Of a DNA stretch of 64,000 nt, positions 48,801 through 63,500 are shown piece by piece. The DNA comes from Eledone cirrhosa. Lineage: Eukaryota. How positions within the stretch are numbered: position 1 is the first letter of the stretch; every line of letters begins with the position of its first letter. The DNA lies in the NCBI GenBank assembly GCA_964016885.1, contig OZ024741.1, forward strand, positions 254,324,001-254,388,000, read 5' to 3'. The notes under the pieces were generated by a model. It was not told the origin of the DNA and ran no database searches. It saw only the letters and a program-made list of their open reading frames with translations. The position numbers and the translations under genes were made by a program.

Positions 48801-51800
48801 AACAACACTGGCACTGACAGAGAAAACAGCAACAACTACAACAACACTGGCACTGACAGAGAAAACAGCAACAACTACAACAACACTGGCACTGACACAG
48901 AAAACAGCAACAACTACAACAACACTGGCACTGACACAGAAAACAGCAACAACTACAATAACACTGGCACTGACAGAGAAAACAGCAACAACAACAACAC
49001 CGGCACTGACAGAGAAAACAGCAACAACTACAACAACACTGGCACAGAAAACACCAACAACAGCAACAACACTGGCACTGACACATAAAACAACAACAAC
49101 AGCAACAACCGTGGCACTGACACAGAAAACAGCAACAACAGCAACAATAACACTGGCACTGGCACAGAAAACAGCAACAGCAACACTGGAACTGACACAG
49201 AAAACAGCAACAGTAACAACAACAACACTGGCACTGACACAGAAAACAGCAACAACAACAACACTGGCACTGACAGTGAAAATAGCAACAGCAACAACAC
49301 TGGCACTGACAGAGAAAACAGCAACAACAACAACACTGGCACTGACACAGAAAACAGCAACAACTACAACAACACTGGCACTGACAGAGAAAACAGCAAC
49401 AACTACAACAACACTGGCACTGACAGAGAAAACAGCAACAACTGCAACAACACTGGCACTGACACAGAAAACAGCAACAACTACAACAACACTGGCACTG
49501 ACACAGAAAACAGCAACAACAACAACAACACTGGCACTGACACAGAAAACATCAACAACAACAACACTGGCACTGACAGTGAAAATAGCAACAATAACAA
49601 CACTGGCACTGACAGAGAAAACAGCAACAACAACAACACTGGCACTGACACAGAAAACAGCAACAACTACAACAACACTGGCACTGACACAGAAAACAGC
49701 AACAACTACAACAACACTGGCACTGACAGAGAAACCAGCAACAACTACAACATTGGCACTGACAGAGAAAACATCAACAACAACAACACTGGCACTGACA
49801 GAGAAAACAGCAATAACTACAACAACACTGGCACTGACACAGAAAACAGCAACAACTACAACAACACTGGCACTGACACAGAAAACAGCAACAACAACAA
49901 CAACACTGGCACTAACACAGAAAACAGCAACAACTACAACAACACTGGTACTGACACAGAAAACAGCAACAACTACAACAACACTGGCACTGACAGAGAA
50001 AACAGCAACAACTACAACACTGGCACTGACAGAGAAAACAGCAACAACAACAACACTGGCACTGACAGAGAAAACAGCAACAACTACAACAACACTGGCA
50101 CTGACACAGAAAACAGCAACAACAACAACAACACTGGCACTGACACAGAAAACAGCAACAACACCAACACTGGCACTGACAGTGAAAATAGCAACAACAA
50201 CACTGGCACTGACAGAGAAAACAGCAACAACAACAACACTGGCACTGACACAGAAAACAGCAACAACAACAACACTGGCACTGACACAGAAAACAGCAAC
50301 AACTACAACAACACTGGCACTGACAGAGAAAACAGCAACAACTACAACACTGGCAATGTCAGAGAAAACAGCAACAACAACAACACTGGCACTGACAGAG
50401 AAAACAGCAACAACTACAACAACACTGGCACTGACACAGAAAACAGCAACAACTACAACAACACTGGCACTGACAGTGAAAACAGCAACAACAACAACAC
50501 TGGCACTGACAGAGAAAACAGCAACAACAACAACACTGGCACTGACACAGAAAACAGCAACAACTACAACAACACTGGCACTGACAGAGAAAACAGCAAC
50601 AACTACAACAACACTGGCACTGACAGAGAAAACAGCAACAACTACAACAACACTGGCACTGACACAGAAAACAGCAACAACTACAACAACACTGGCACTG
50701 ACACAGAAAACAGCAACAACTACAACAACACTGGCACTGACAGAGAAAACAGCAACAACTACAACAACACTGGCACTCACAGAGAAAACAGCAACAACTA
50801 CAACAACACTGGCACTGACACAGAAAACAGCAACAACTACAACAACACTGGCACTGACACAGAAAACAGCAACAACTACAACAACACTGGCACTGACAGA
50901 GAAAACAGCAACAACAACAACACTGGCACTGACACAGAAAACAGCAACAACTACAACACTGGCACTGACAGAGAAAACAGCAACAACTACAACAACACTG
51001 GCACTGACAGAGAAAACAGCAACAGCAACAACACTGGCACTGACACAGAAAACAGCAACAACAGCAACAACAACACTGGCACTGACACAGAAAACAGCAA
51101 CAACAGCAATAACAATGGCACTGACACAGAAAACAGCAACAACAACAACACTGGCACTGACAGAGAAAACAGCAACAACAACACTGGCACTGACAGAGAA
51201 AACAGCAACAACAACAGTGGCACTGACACAGAAAACAGCAACAACTACAACAACACTGGCACTGACAGAGAAAACAGCAACAACAACACTGGCACTGACA
51301 CAGAAAACAGCAACAACTACAACAACACTGGCACTGACAGAGAAAACAGCAACAACTACAACAACACTGGCACTGACAGAGAAAACAGCAACGACTACAA
51401 CAACACTGGCACTGACACAGAAAACAGCAACAACTACAACAACACTGGCACTGACACAGAAAACAGCAACAACAACACTTGGCACTGACAGAGAAAACAG
51501 CAACAACAACAACACTGGCACTGACACAGAAAACAGCAACAACAGCAACAACACTGGCACTGACACAGAAAACAGCAACAACTACAACAACACTGGCACT
51601 GACAGAGAAAACAGCAACAACTACAACAACACTGGCACTGACACAGAAAACAGCAACAACTACAACAACACTGGCACTGACAGAGAAAACAGCAACAACT
51701 ACAACACTGGCACTGACAGAGAAAATAGCAACAACAACAACAACACTGGCACTGACAGAGAAAACAGCAACAACTACAACAACACTGGCACTGACACAGA

Positions 51801-51838
51801 AAACAGCAACAACAACAACAACAACACTGGCACTGACA
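39825..51838 (+). repeat. 3.3 kb block (39825-43120) copied at exact offset 8718 bp (48543-51838)
   Basis: Pairs 40310/49028, 40763/49481, 41366/50084, 42269/50987 and 42761/51479 share the offset. Private variants are shared at 41096/49814 (AAT) and 41231/49949 (GGT). Confidence 0.9.
44045..47053 (+). repeat. Three apparently identical tandem copies of a 984-bp higher-order unit
   Basis: ORFs start at 44080, 45064 and 46048. GAGACAAC (about 44361/45345/46329), GACCGAGA, CTGAAACA, AGCAGC, AATAGT and GGCATT each recur at 984-bp intervals three times. Confidence 0.95.
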
Positions 51839-53649
51839 CAGAAAACAGCAACAACTACAACAACACTGGCACTGACACAGAAAACAGCAACAACTACAAC
51901 AACACTGGCACTGACAGTGAAAACATCAACAACAACAACACTGGCACTGACAGAGAAAACAGCAACAACAACAACACTGGCACTGACACAGAAAACAGCA
52001 ACAACTACAACAACACTGGCACTGACAGAGAAAACAGCAACAGCAACAACACTGGCACTGACACAGAAAACACCAACAACAGCAACAACACTGGCACTGA
52101 CACAGAAAACAGCAACAACAGCAACAACCGTGGCACTGACACAGAAAACAGCAACAACAGCAACAATAACACTGCACTGGCACAGAAAACAGCAACAGTA
52201 ACAACAACAACACTGGCACTGACACAGAAAACAGCAACAACAACAACACTGGCACTGACAGTGAAAATAGCAACAGCAACAACACTGGCACTGACACAGA
52301 AAACAGCAACAACAACAACACTGGCACTGACACAGAAAACAGCAACAACTACAACAACACTGGCACTGACAGAGAAAACAGCAACAACTACAACACTGGC
52401 AATGTCAGAGAAAACAGCAACAACAACAACACTGGCACTGACAGAGAAAACAGCAACAACTACAACAACACTGGCACTGACACAGAAAACAGCAACAACT
52501 ACAACAACACTGGCACTGACAGTGAAAACAGCAACAACAACAACACTGGCACTGACAGAGAAAACAGCAACAACAACAACACTGGCACTGACACAGAAAA
52601 CAGCAACAACTACAACAACACTGGCACTGACAGAGAAAACAACAAAAACTACAACAACACTGGCACTGACAGAGAAAACAGCAACAACTACAACAACACT
52701 GGCACTGACACAGAAAACAGCAACAACTACAACAACACTGGCACTGACAGAGAAAACAGCAACAACTACAACAACACTGGCACTGACAGAGAAAACAGCA
52801 ACAACTACAACAACACTGGCACTCACAGAGAAAACAGCAACAACTACAACAACACTGGCACTGACACAGAAAACAGCAACAACAACAACACTGGCACTGA
52901 CAGAGAAAACAGCAACAACAACACTGGCACTGACACAGAAAACAGCAACAACTACAACAACACTGGCACTGACAGAGAAAACAGCAACAACTACAACAAC
53001 ACTGGCACTGACAGAGAAAACAGCAACGACTACAACAACACTGGCACTGACACAGAAAACAGCAACAACTACAACAACACTGGCACTGACACAGAAAACA
53101 GCAACAACAACACTTGGCACTGACAGAGAAAACAGCAACAACAACAACACTGGCACTGACACAGAAAACAGCAACAACAGCAACAACACTGGCACTGACA
53201 CAGAAAACAGCAACAGTAACAACAACACTGGCACTGACAGAGAAAACAGCAACAACTACAACAACACTGGCACTGACACAGAAAACAGCAACAACTACAA
53301 CAACACTGGCACTGACATAGAAAACAGCAACAACTACAACACTGGCACTGACAGAGAAAACAGCAACAACAACAACAACACTGGCCCTGACAGAGAAAAC
53401 AGCAACAACTACAACAACACTGGCACTGACACAGAAAACAGCAACAACAACAACAACAACACTGGCACTGACACAGAAAACAGCAACAACTACAACAACA
53501 CTGGCACTGACACAGAAAACAGCAACAACTACAACAACACTGGCACTGACAGTGAAAACAGCAACAACAACAACACTGGCACTGACAGAGAAAACAGCAA
53601 CAACAACAACACTGGCACTGACACAGAAAACAGCAACAACTACAACAAC

Positions 53650-56600
53650 ACTGGCACTGACAGAGAAAACAGCAACAGCAACAACACTGGCACTGACACA
53701 GAAAACAGCAACAACAGCAACAACAACACTGGCACTGACACAGAAAACAGCAACAACAGCAACAAAAAACACTGGCACTGACAGAGAAAACAGCAACAAC
53801 AACATTGGCACTGACAGAGAAAAGAGCAACAACAACAACACTGGCACTGACACAGAAAACAGCAACAACAACAGTGGCACTGACACAGAAAACAGCAACA
53901 ACTACAACAACACTGGCACTGACAGAGAAAACAGCAACAACAACAACACTGGCACTGACACAGAAAACAGAAACAACTACAACAACATTGGCACTGACAG
54001 AGAAAGCAGCAACAACTACAACAACACTGGCACTGACAGAGAAAACAGCAACAGCAACAACACTGGCACTGACACAGAAAACAGCAACAACTACAACAAC
54101 ACTGGCACTGACAGAGAAAACAGCAACAACTACAACAACACTGGCACTGACAGAGAAAACAGCAACAACTACAACAACACTGGCACTGACACAGAAAACA
54201 GCAACAACTACAACAACACTGGCACTGACACAGAAAACAGCAACAACTACAATAACACTGGCACTGACAGAGAAAACAGCAACAACAACAACACCGGCAC
54301 TGACACAGAAAACAGCAACAACTACAACAACACTGGCACAGAAAACACCAACAACAGCAACAACACTGGCACTGACACAGAAAACAGCAACAACAGCAAC
54401 AACCGTGGCACTGACACAGAAAACAGCAACAACAGCAACAATAACACTGGCACTGGCACAGAAAACAGCAACAGCAACACTGGAACTGACACAGAAAACA
54501 GCAACAGTAACAACAACAACACTGGCACTGACACAGAAAACAGCAACAACAACAACACTGGCACTGACAGTGAAAATAGCAACAGCAACAACACTGGCAC
54601 TGACAGAGAAAACAGCAACAACAACAACACTGGCACTGACACAGAAAACAGCAACAACTACAACAACACTGGCACTGACAGAGAAAACAGCAACAACTAC
54701 AACAACACTGGCACTGACAGAGAAAACAGCAACAACTACAACAACACTGGCACTGACACAGAAAACAGCAACAACTACAACAACACTGGCACTGACACAG
54801 AAAACAGCAACAACAACAACAACACTGGCACTGACACAGAAAACAGCAACAACAACAACACTGGCACTGACAGTGAAAATAGCAACAACAACAACACTGG
54901 CACTGACAGAGAAAAAAGCAACAACAACAACACTGGCACTGACACAGAAAACAGCAACAACTACAACAACACTGGCACTGACACAGAAAACAGCAACAAC
55001 TACAACAACACTGGCACTGACAGAGAAAACAACAACAACTACAACACTGGCACTGACAGAGAAAACAGCAACAACAACAACACTGGCACTGACAGAGAAA
55101 ACAGCAACAACTACAACAACACTGGCACTGACACAGAAAACAGCAACAACTACAACAACACTGGCACTGACACAGAAAACAGCAACAACAAAAACAACAC
55201 TGGCACTGACACAGAAAACAGCAACAACTACAACAACACTGGCACTGACACAGAAAACAGCAACAACTACAACAACACTGGCACTGACAGAGAAAACAGC
55301 AACAACTACAACACTGGCACTGACAGAGAAAACAGCAACAACAACAACACTGGCACTGACAGAGAAAACAGCAACAACTACAACAACACTGGCACTGACA
55401 CAGAAAACAGCAACAACAACAACAACAACACTGGCACTGACACAGAAAACAGCAACAACACCAACACTGGCACTGACAGTGAAAATAGCAACAACAACAC
55501 TGGCACTGACAGAGAAAACAGCAACAACAACAACACTGGCACTGACACAGAAAACAGCAACAACAACAACACTGGCACTGACACAGAAAACAGCAACAAC
55601 TACAACAACACTGGCACTGACAGAGAAAACAGCAACAACTACAACACTGGCAATGTCAGAGAAAACAGCAACAACAACAACACTGGCACTGACAGAGAAA
55701 ACAGCAACAACTACAACAACACTGGCACTGACACAGAAAACAGCAACAACTACAACAACACTGGCACTGACAGTGAAAACAGCAACAACAACAACACTGG
55801 CACTGACAGAGAAAACAGCAACAACAACAACACTGGCACTGACACAGAAAACAGCAACAACTACAACAACACTGGCACTGACAGAGAAAACAGCAACAAC
55901 TACAACAACACTGGCACTGACAGAGAAAACAGCAACAACTACAACAACACTGGCACTGACACAGAAAACAGCAACAACTACAACAACACTGGCACTGACA
56001 CAGAAAACAGCAACAACTACAACAACACTGGCACTGACAGAGAAAACAGCAACAACTACAACAACACTGGCACTCACAGAGAAAACAGCAACAACTACAA
56101 CAACACTGGCACTGACACAGAAAACAGCAACAACTACAACAACACTGGCACTGACACAGAAAACAGCAACAACTACAACAACACTGGCACTGACAGAGAA
56201 AACAGCAACAACAACAACACTGGCACTGACACAGAAAACAGCAACAACTACAACACTGGCACTGACAGAGAAAACAGCAACAACTACAACAACACTGGCA
56301 CTGACAGAGAAAACAGCAACAGCAACAACACTGGCACTGACACAGAAAACAGCAACAACAGCAACAACAACACTGGCACTGACACAGAAAACAGCAACAA
56401 CAGCAATAACAATGGCACTGACACAGAAAACAGCAACAACAACAATACTGGCACTGACAGAGAAAACAGCAACAACAACACTGGCACTGACAGAGAAAAC
56501 AGCAACAACTACAACAACACTGGCACTGACAGAGAAAACAGCAACAACAACACTGGCACTGACACAGAAAACAGCAACAACTACAACAACACTGGCACTG

Positions 56601-59600
56601 ACAGAGAAAACAGCAACAACTACAACAACACTGGCACTGACAGAGAAAACAGCAACGACTACAACAACACTGGCACTGACACAGAAAACAGCAACAACTA
56701 CAACAACACTGGCACTGACACAGAAAACAGCAACAACAACACTTGGCACTGACAGAGAAAACAGCAACAACAACAACACTGGCACTGACACAGAAAACAG
56801 CAACAACAGCAACAACACTGGCACTGACACAGAAAACAGCAACAACTACAACAACACTGGCACTGACAGAGAAAACAGCAACAACTACAACAACACTGGC
56901 ACTGACACAGAAAACAGCAACAACTACAACAACACTGGCACTGACAGAGAAAACAGCAACAACTACAACACTGGCACTGACAGAGAAAACAGCAACAACA
57001 ACAACAACACTGGCACTGACACAGAAAACAGCAACAACTACAACAACACTGGCACTGACACAGAAAACAGCAACAACAACAACAACAACACTGGCACTGA
57101 CACAGAAAACAGCAACAACTACAACAACACTGGCACTGACACAGAAAACAGCAACAACTACAACAACACTGGCACTGACAGTGAAAACAGCAACAACAAC
57201 AACACTGGCACTGACAGAGAAAACAGCAACAACAACAACACTGGCACTGACACAGAAAACAGCAACAACTACAACAACACTGGCACTGACAGAGAAAACA
57301 GCAACAACTACAACAACACTGGCACTGACAGAGAAAACAGCAACAACTACAACAACACTGGCACTGACACAGAAAACAGCAACAACTACAACAACACTGG
57401 CACTGACACAGAAAACAGCAACAACTACAACAACACTGGCACTGACAGAGAAAACAGCAACAACTACAACAACACTGGCACTCACAGAGAAAACAGCAAC
57501 TACAACAACACTGGCACTGACACAGAAAACAGCAACAACTACAACAATACTGGCACTAACACAGAAAACAGCAACAACTACAACAACACTGGCACTGACA
57601 CAGAAAACAGCAACAACAACAACACTGGCACTGACACAGAATACAGCAACAACAACAACACTGGCACTGACAGAGAAAACAGCAACAACAACAACACTGG
57701 CTCTGACAGAGAAAACACCAACAACAACAACACCGACACTGACACAGAAAACAGCAACAACTACTACAACACTGGCACTGACACAGAAAACAGCAACAAC
57801 AACAACACTGGCACTGACACAGAAAACAGCAACAACTACAACACTGGCACTGACAGAGAAAACAGCAACAACTACAACAACACTGGCACTGACAGAGAAA
57901 ACAGCAACAGCAACAACACTGGCACTGACACAGAAAACAGCAACAACAGCAAAAACAACACTGGCACTGACACAGAAAACAGCAACAACAGCAATAACAA
58001 TGGCACTGACACAGAAAACAGCAACAACAACAACACTGGCACTGACAGAGAAAACAGCAACAACAACACTGGCACTGACAGAGAAAACAGCAACAACAAC
58101 AGTGGCACTGACACAGAAAACAGCAACAACTACAACAACACTGGCACTGACAGAGAAAACAGCAACAACAACAACACTGGCACTGACACAGAAAACAGCA
58201 ACAACTACAACAACACTGGCACTGACAGAGAAAACAGCAACAACTACAACAACACTGGCACTGTCAGAGAAAACAGCAACAACTACAACAACACTGGCAC
58301 TGACACAGAAAACAGCAACAACTACAACAACACTGGCACTGACACAGAAAACAGCAACAACAACAAAACTGGCACTGACAGAGAAAACAGCAACAACAAC
58401 AACACTGGCACTGACACAGAAAACAGCAACAACAGCAACAACACTGGCACTGACACAGAAAACAGCAACAACTACAACAACACTGGCACTGACAGAGGAA
58501 ACAGCAACAACTACAACAACACTGGCACTGACAGAGAAAATAGCAACAACAACAACACTGGCACTTACACAGAAAACAGCAACAACCACAACAACACTGG
58601 CACTGTCAGAGAAAACAGCAACAACTACAACAACACTGGCACTGACAGAGAAAACAGCAACAGCAACAACACTGGCACTGACACAGAAAACAGCAACAAC
58701 AACACTGGCACTGACACAGAAAACAGCAACAACAGCAACAACAACACTGGCACTGACACAGAAAACAGCAACAACAACAACACTGGCACTGACAGAGAAA
58801 ACAGCAACAACAACACTGGCACTGACAGAGAAAACAGCAACAACAACAACACTGGCACTGACACAGAAAACAGCAACAACAACAGTGGCACTGACACAGA
58901 AAACAGCAACAACAACAACACTGGCACTGACACAGAAAACAGAAACAACTACAACAACATTGGCACTGACAGAGAAAGCAGCAACAACTACAACAACACT
59001 GGCACTGACAGAGAAAACAGCAACAGCAACAACACTTGCACTGACATAGAAAACAGCAACAACTACAACAACACTGGCACTGACAGAGAAAACAGCAACA
59101 ACTACAACAACACTGGCACTGACAGAGAAAACAGCAACAACTACAACAATACTGTCACTGACACAGAAAACAGCAACAACTACAACAACACTGGCACTGA
59201 CACAGAAAACAGCAACAACTACAACAACACTGGCACTGACAGAGAAAACAGCAACAACAACAACACCGGCACTGACACAGAAAACAGCAACAACTACAAC
59301 AACACTGGGACGGAAAACAGCAACAACAGCAACAACAACACTGGCACTGACACAGAAAACAGCAACAACAGCAACAACAACACTGGCACTGACACAGAAA
59401 ACAGCAACAACAACAACACTGGCACTGACACAGAAAACAGCAACAACAACACTGGCACTGACAGAGAAAACAGCAACAACAACAACACTGGCTCTGACAG
59501 AGAAAACAGCAACAACAACAACACCGGCACTGACACAGAAAACAGCAACAACTACTACAACACTGGCACTGACAGAGAAAACAGCAACAACAACAACACT

Positions 59601-60500
59601 GGCACTGACACAGAAAACAGCAACAACTACAACACTGGCACTGACAGAGAAAACAGCAACAACTACAACAACACTGGCACTGACAGAGAAAACAGCAACA
59701 GCAACAACACTGGCACTGACACAGAAAACAGCAACAACAGCAAAAACAACACTGGCACTGACACAGAAAACAGCAACAACAGCAATAACAATGGCACTGA
59801 CACAGAAAACAGCAACAACAACAACACTGGCACTGACAGAGAAAACAGCAACAACAACACTGTCACTGACAGAGAAAACAGCAACAACAACAGTGGCACT
59901 GACACAGAAAACAGCAACAACTACAACAACACTGGCACTGACACAGAAAACAGCAACAACAACAACACTGGCACTGACACAGAAAACAGCAACAACTACA
60001 ACAACACTGGCACTGACACAGAAAACAGCAACAACTACAACAACACTGGCACTGACACAGAAAACAGCAACAACAACAACACTGGCACTGACAGAGAAAA
60101 CAGCAACAACAACAACACTGGCACTGACACAGAAAACAGCAACAACAGCAACAACACTGGCACTGACACAGAAAACAGCAACAACTACAACAACACTGGC
60201 ACTGACAGAGAAAATAGCAACAACTACAACAACACTGGCACTGACAGAGAAAATAGCAACAACAACAACACTGGCACTTACACAGAAAACAGCAACAACT
60301 ACAACAACACTGGCACTGTCAGAGAAAACAGCAACAACTACAACAACACTGGCACTGACAGAGAAAACAGCAACAGCAACAACACTGGCACTGACACAGA
60401 AAACAGCAACAACAGCAACAACAACACTGGCACTGACACAGAAAACAGCAACAACAACAACACTGGCACTGACAGAGAAAACAGCAACAACAACACTGGC
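53650..60500 (+). repeat. Long-range block copy of the 9-13.7 kb and 17.8-21.6 kb / 32.5-35.8 kb segments
   Basis: Offset 44605 links 9176/53781, 9717/54322, 10170/54775, 10773/55378 and 11679/56284. Offset 24157 links 33421/57578, 33715/57872, 34468/58625 and 35137/59294. The 33-35.8 kb block is itself 14770 from 18651-20996. Confidence 0.85.
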
Positions 60501-63500
60501 ACTGACAGAGAAAACAGCAACAACAACAACACAGGCACTGACACAAAAAACAGAAACAACTACAACAACATTGGCACTGACAGAGAAAGCAGCAACAACT
60601 ACAACAACACTGGCACTGACAGAGAAAACAGCAACAGCAACAACACTTGCACTGACACAGAAAACAGCAACAACTACAACAACACTGGCACTGACAGAGA
60701 AAACAGCAACAACTACAACACCGGCACTAACACAGAAAACAGCAACAACTACAACAACACTGGCACTGACACAGAAAACAGCAACAACTACAACAACACT
60801 GGCACTGACACAGAAAACAGCAACAACTTCAACAACACTGGCACTGACAGAGAAAACAGCAACAACAACAACACTGGCACTGACACAGAAAACAGCAACA
60901 ACTACAACAACACTGGCACTGACAGAGAAAACAGCAACAACTACAACAACACTGCCACTGACAGAGAAAACAGCAACAACTACAACAACACTGGCACTGA
61001 CACAGAAAACAACAACAACAACAACAACACTGGCACTGACACAGAAAACAGCAAAAACAACAACACTGGCACTGACAGTGAAAATAGCAACAACAACAAC
61101 ACTGGCACTGACAGAGAAAACAGCAACAACAACAACACTGGCACTGACGCAGAAAACAGCAACAACTACAACAACACTGGCACTGACACAGAAAACAGCA
61201 ACAACAACAACAACACTGGCACTGACACAGAAAACAGCAACAACACCAACACTGGCACTGACAGTGAAAATAGCAACAACAACAACACTGGCACTAACAG
61301 AGAAAACAGCAACAACAACAACACTGGCACTGACACAGAAAACAGCAACAACAACAACACTGGCACTGACACAGAAAACAGCAACAACTACAACAACACT
61401 GGCACTGACAGAGAAAATAGCAACAACTACAACACTGGCAATGTCAGAGAAAACAGCAACAACAACAACACTGGCACTGACAGAGAAAACAGCAACAACT
61501 ACAACAACACTGGCACTGACACAGAAAACAGCAACAACTACAACAACACTGGCACTGACAGTGAAAACAGCAACAACAACAACACTGGCACTGACAGAGA
61601 AAACAGCAACAACAACACTGGCACTGACACAGAAAACAGCAACAACTACAACAACACTGGCACTGACAGAGAAAACAGCAACAACTACAACAACACTGGC
61701 ACTGACAGAGAAAATAGCAACAACTACAACAACACTGGCACTGACACAGAAAACAGCAACAACTACAACAACACTGGCACTGACACAGAAAACAGCAACA
61801 ACTACAACAACACTGGCACTGACAGAGAAAACAGCAACAACAACAACACTGGCACTGACAGAGAAAACAGCAACAACAACACTGGCACTGACAGAGAAAA
61901 CAGCAACAACAACACCGGCACTGACAGAGAAAACAGCAACAACTACAACAACACTGGCACTGACAGAGAAAACAGCAACAACAACAACACTTGCACTGAC
62001 ACAGAAAACAGCAACAACAGCAACAACAACAGTAGCACTGACACAGAAAACAGCAACACCTACAACAACACTGGCACTGACAGAGAAAACAGCAACAACA
62101 ACAACACTGGCACTGACACAGAAAACAACAACAAATACAACAACACTGGCACTGACAGAGAAAACAGCAACAACTACAACAACACTGGCACTCACAGAGA
62201 AAACAGCAACAACAACAACACCGGCACTGACACAGAAAACAGCAACAACTACAACAACACTGGTACTGACACAGAAAACAGCAACAACTACAACAACACT
62301 GGCACTGACACAGAAAACAGCAACAACAACAACACTGGCACTGACACAGAAAACAGCAACAACAACAACACTGGCACTGACAGAGAAAACAACAACAACA
62401 ACAACACTGGCGCTGACAGAGAAAACAGCAACAACAACAACACTGGCACTGACACAGAAAACAACAACAAATACAACAACACTGGCACTGACAGAGAAAA
62501 CAGCAACAACAACAACAACACCGGCACTGACACAGAAAACAGCAACAACTACAACAACACTGGCACTGACAGAGAAAACAGCAACAACTACAATAACACT
62601 GGCACTGACAGAGAAAACAGCAACAACAACAACACTGGCACTGACACAGAAAACAGCAACAACTACAACACTGGCACTGACAGAGAAAACAGCAACAACT
62701 ACAACAACACTGGCACTGACATAGAAAACAGCAACAGCAACAACACTGGCACTGACACAGAAAACAGCAACAACAGCAACAACAACACTGGCACTGACAC
62801 AGAAAACAGCAACAACAGCAATAACAATGGCACTGACACAGAAAACAGCAACAACTACAACAACACTGGCACTGACAGAGAAAACAGCAACAACAACAAC
62901 ACTGGCACTGACACAGAAAACAGCAACAACAGCAACAACACTGGCACTGACACAGAAAACAGCAACAACTACAACAACACTGGCACTGACAGAGAAAACA
63001 GCAACAACTACAACAACACTGGCACTGACAGAGAAAATAGCAACAACAACAACACTGGCACTTACACAGAAAACAGCAACAACTACAACAACACTGGCAC
63101 TGTCAGAGAAAACAGCAACAACTACAACAACACTGGCACTGACAGAGAAAACAGCAACAGCAACAACACTGGCACTGACACAGAAAACAGCAACAACAAC
63201 ACTGGCACTGACACAGAAAACAGCAACAACAGCAACAACAACACTGGCACTGACACAGAAAACAGCAACAACAACAACACTGGCACTGACAGAGAAAACA
63301 GCAACAACAACACTGGCACTGACAGAGAAAACAGCAACAACAACAACACTGGCACTGACACAGAAAACAGCAACAACAACAACACTGGCACTGACACAGA
63401 AAACAGCAACAACAGCAACAACACTGGCACTGACACAGAAAACAGCAACAACTACAACAACACTGGCACTGACAGAGAAAACAGCAACAACTACAACAAC

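Noticed and set aside
155-62724. Giant + strand ORFs (up to 3394 aa) as real CDSs (mucin-like or Asn-rich proteins)
   Set aside because: They overlap in two frames, switch peptide type at frameshifts, mostly start at incidental TTG/GTG/ATG variants and contain no non-repetitive domain. Stops occur in both frames (10171, 24800, 28992, 38516, 49086; and 24888, 53318, 59047, 62722). Openness is explained by T-poor triplet composition. Kept only as a hypothesis in findings.
124-63451. Minus-strand Val-rich, Cys-rich and Leu-rich ORFs (membrane, metallothionein- or keratin-associated-like proteins)
   Set aside because: These are translations of (GTT)n in three frames. The short Leu-rich ORFs simply mark stretches lacking the TAC triplet. 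There is no independent coding evidence.
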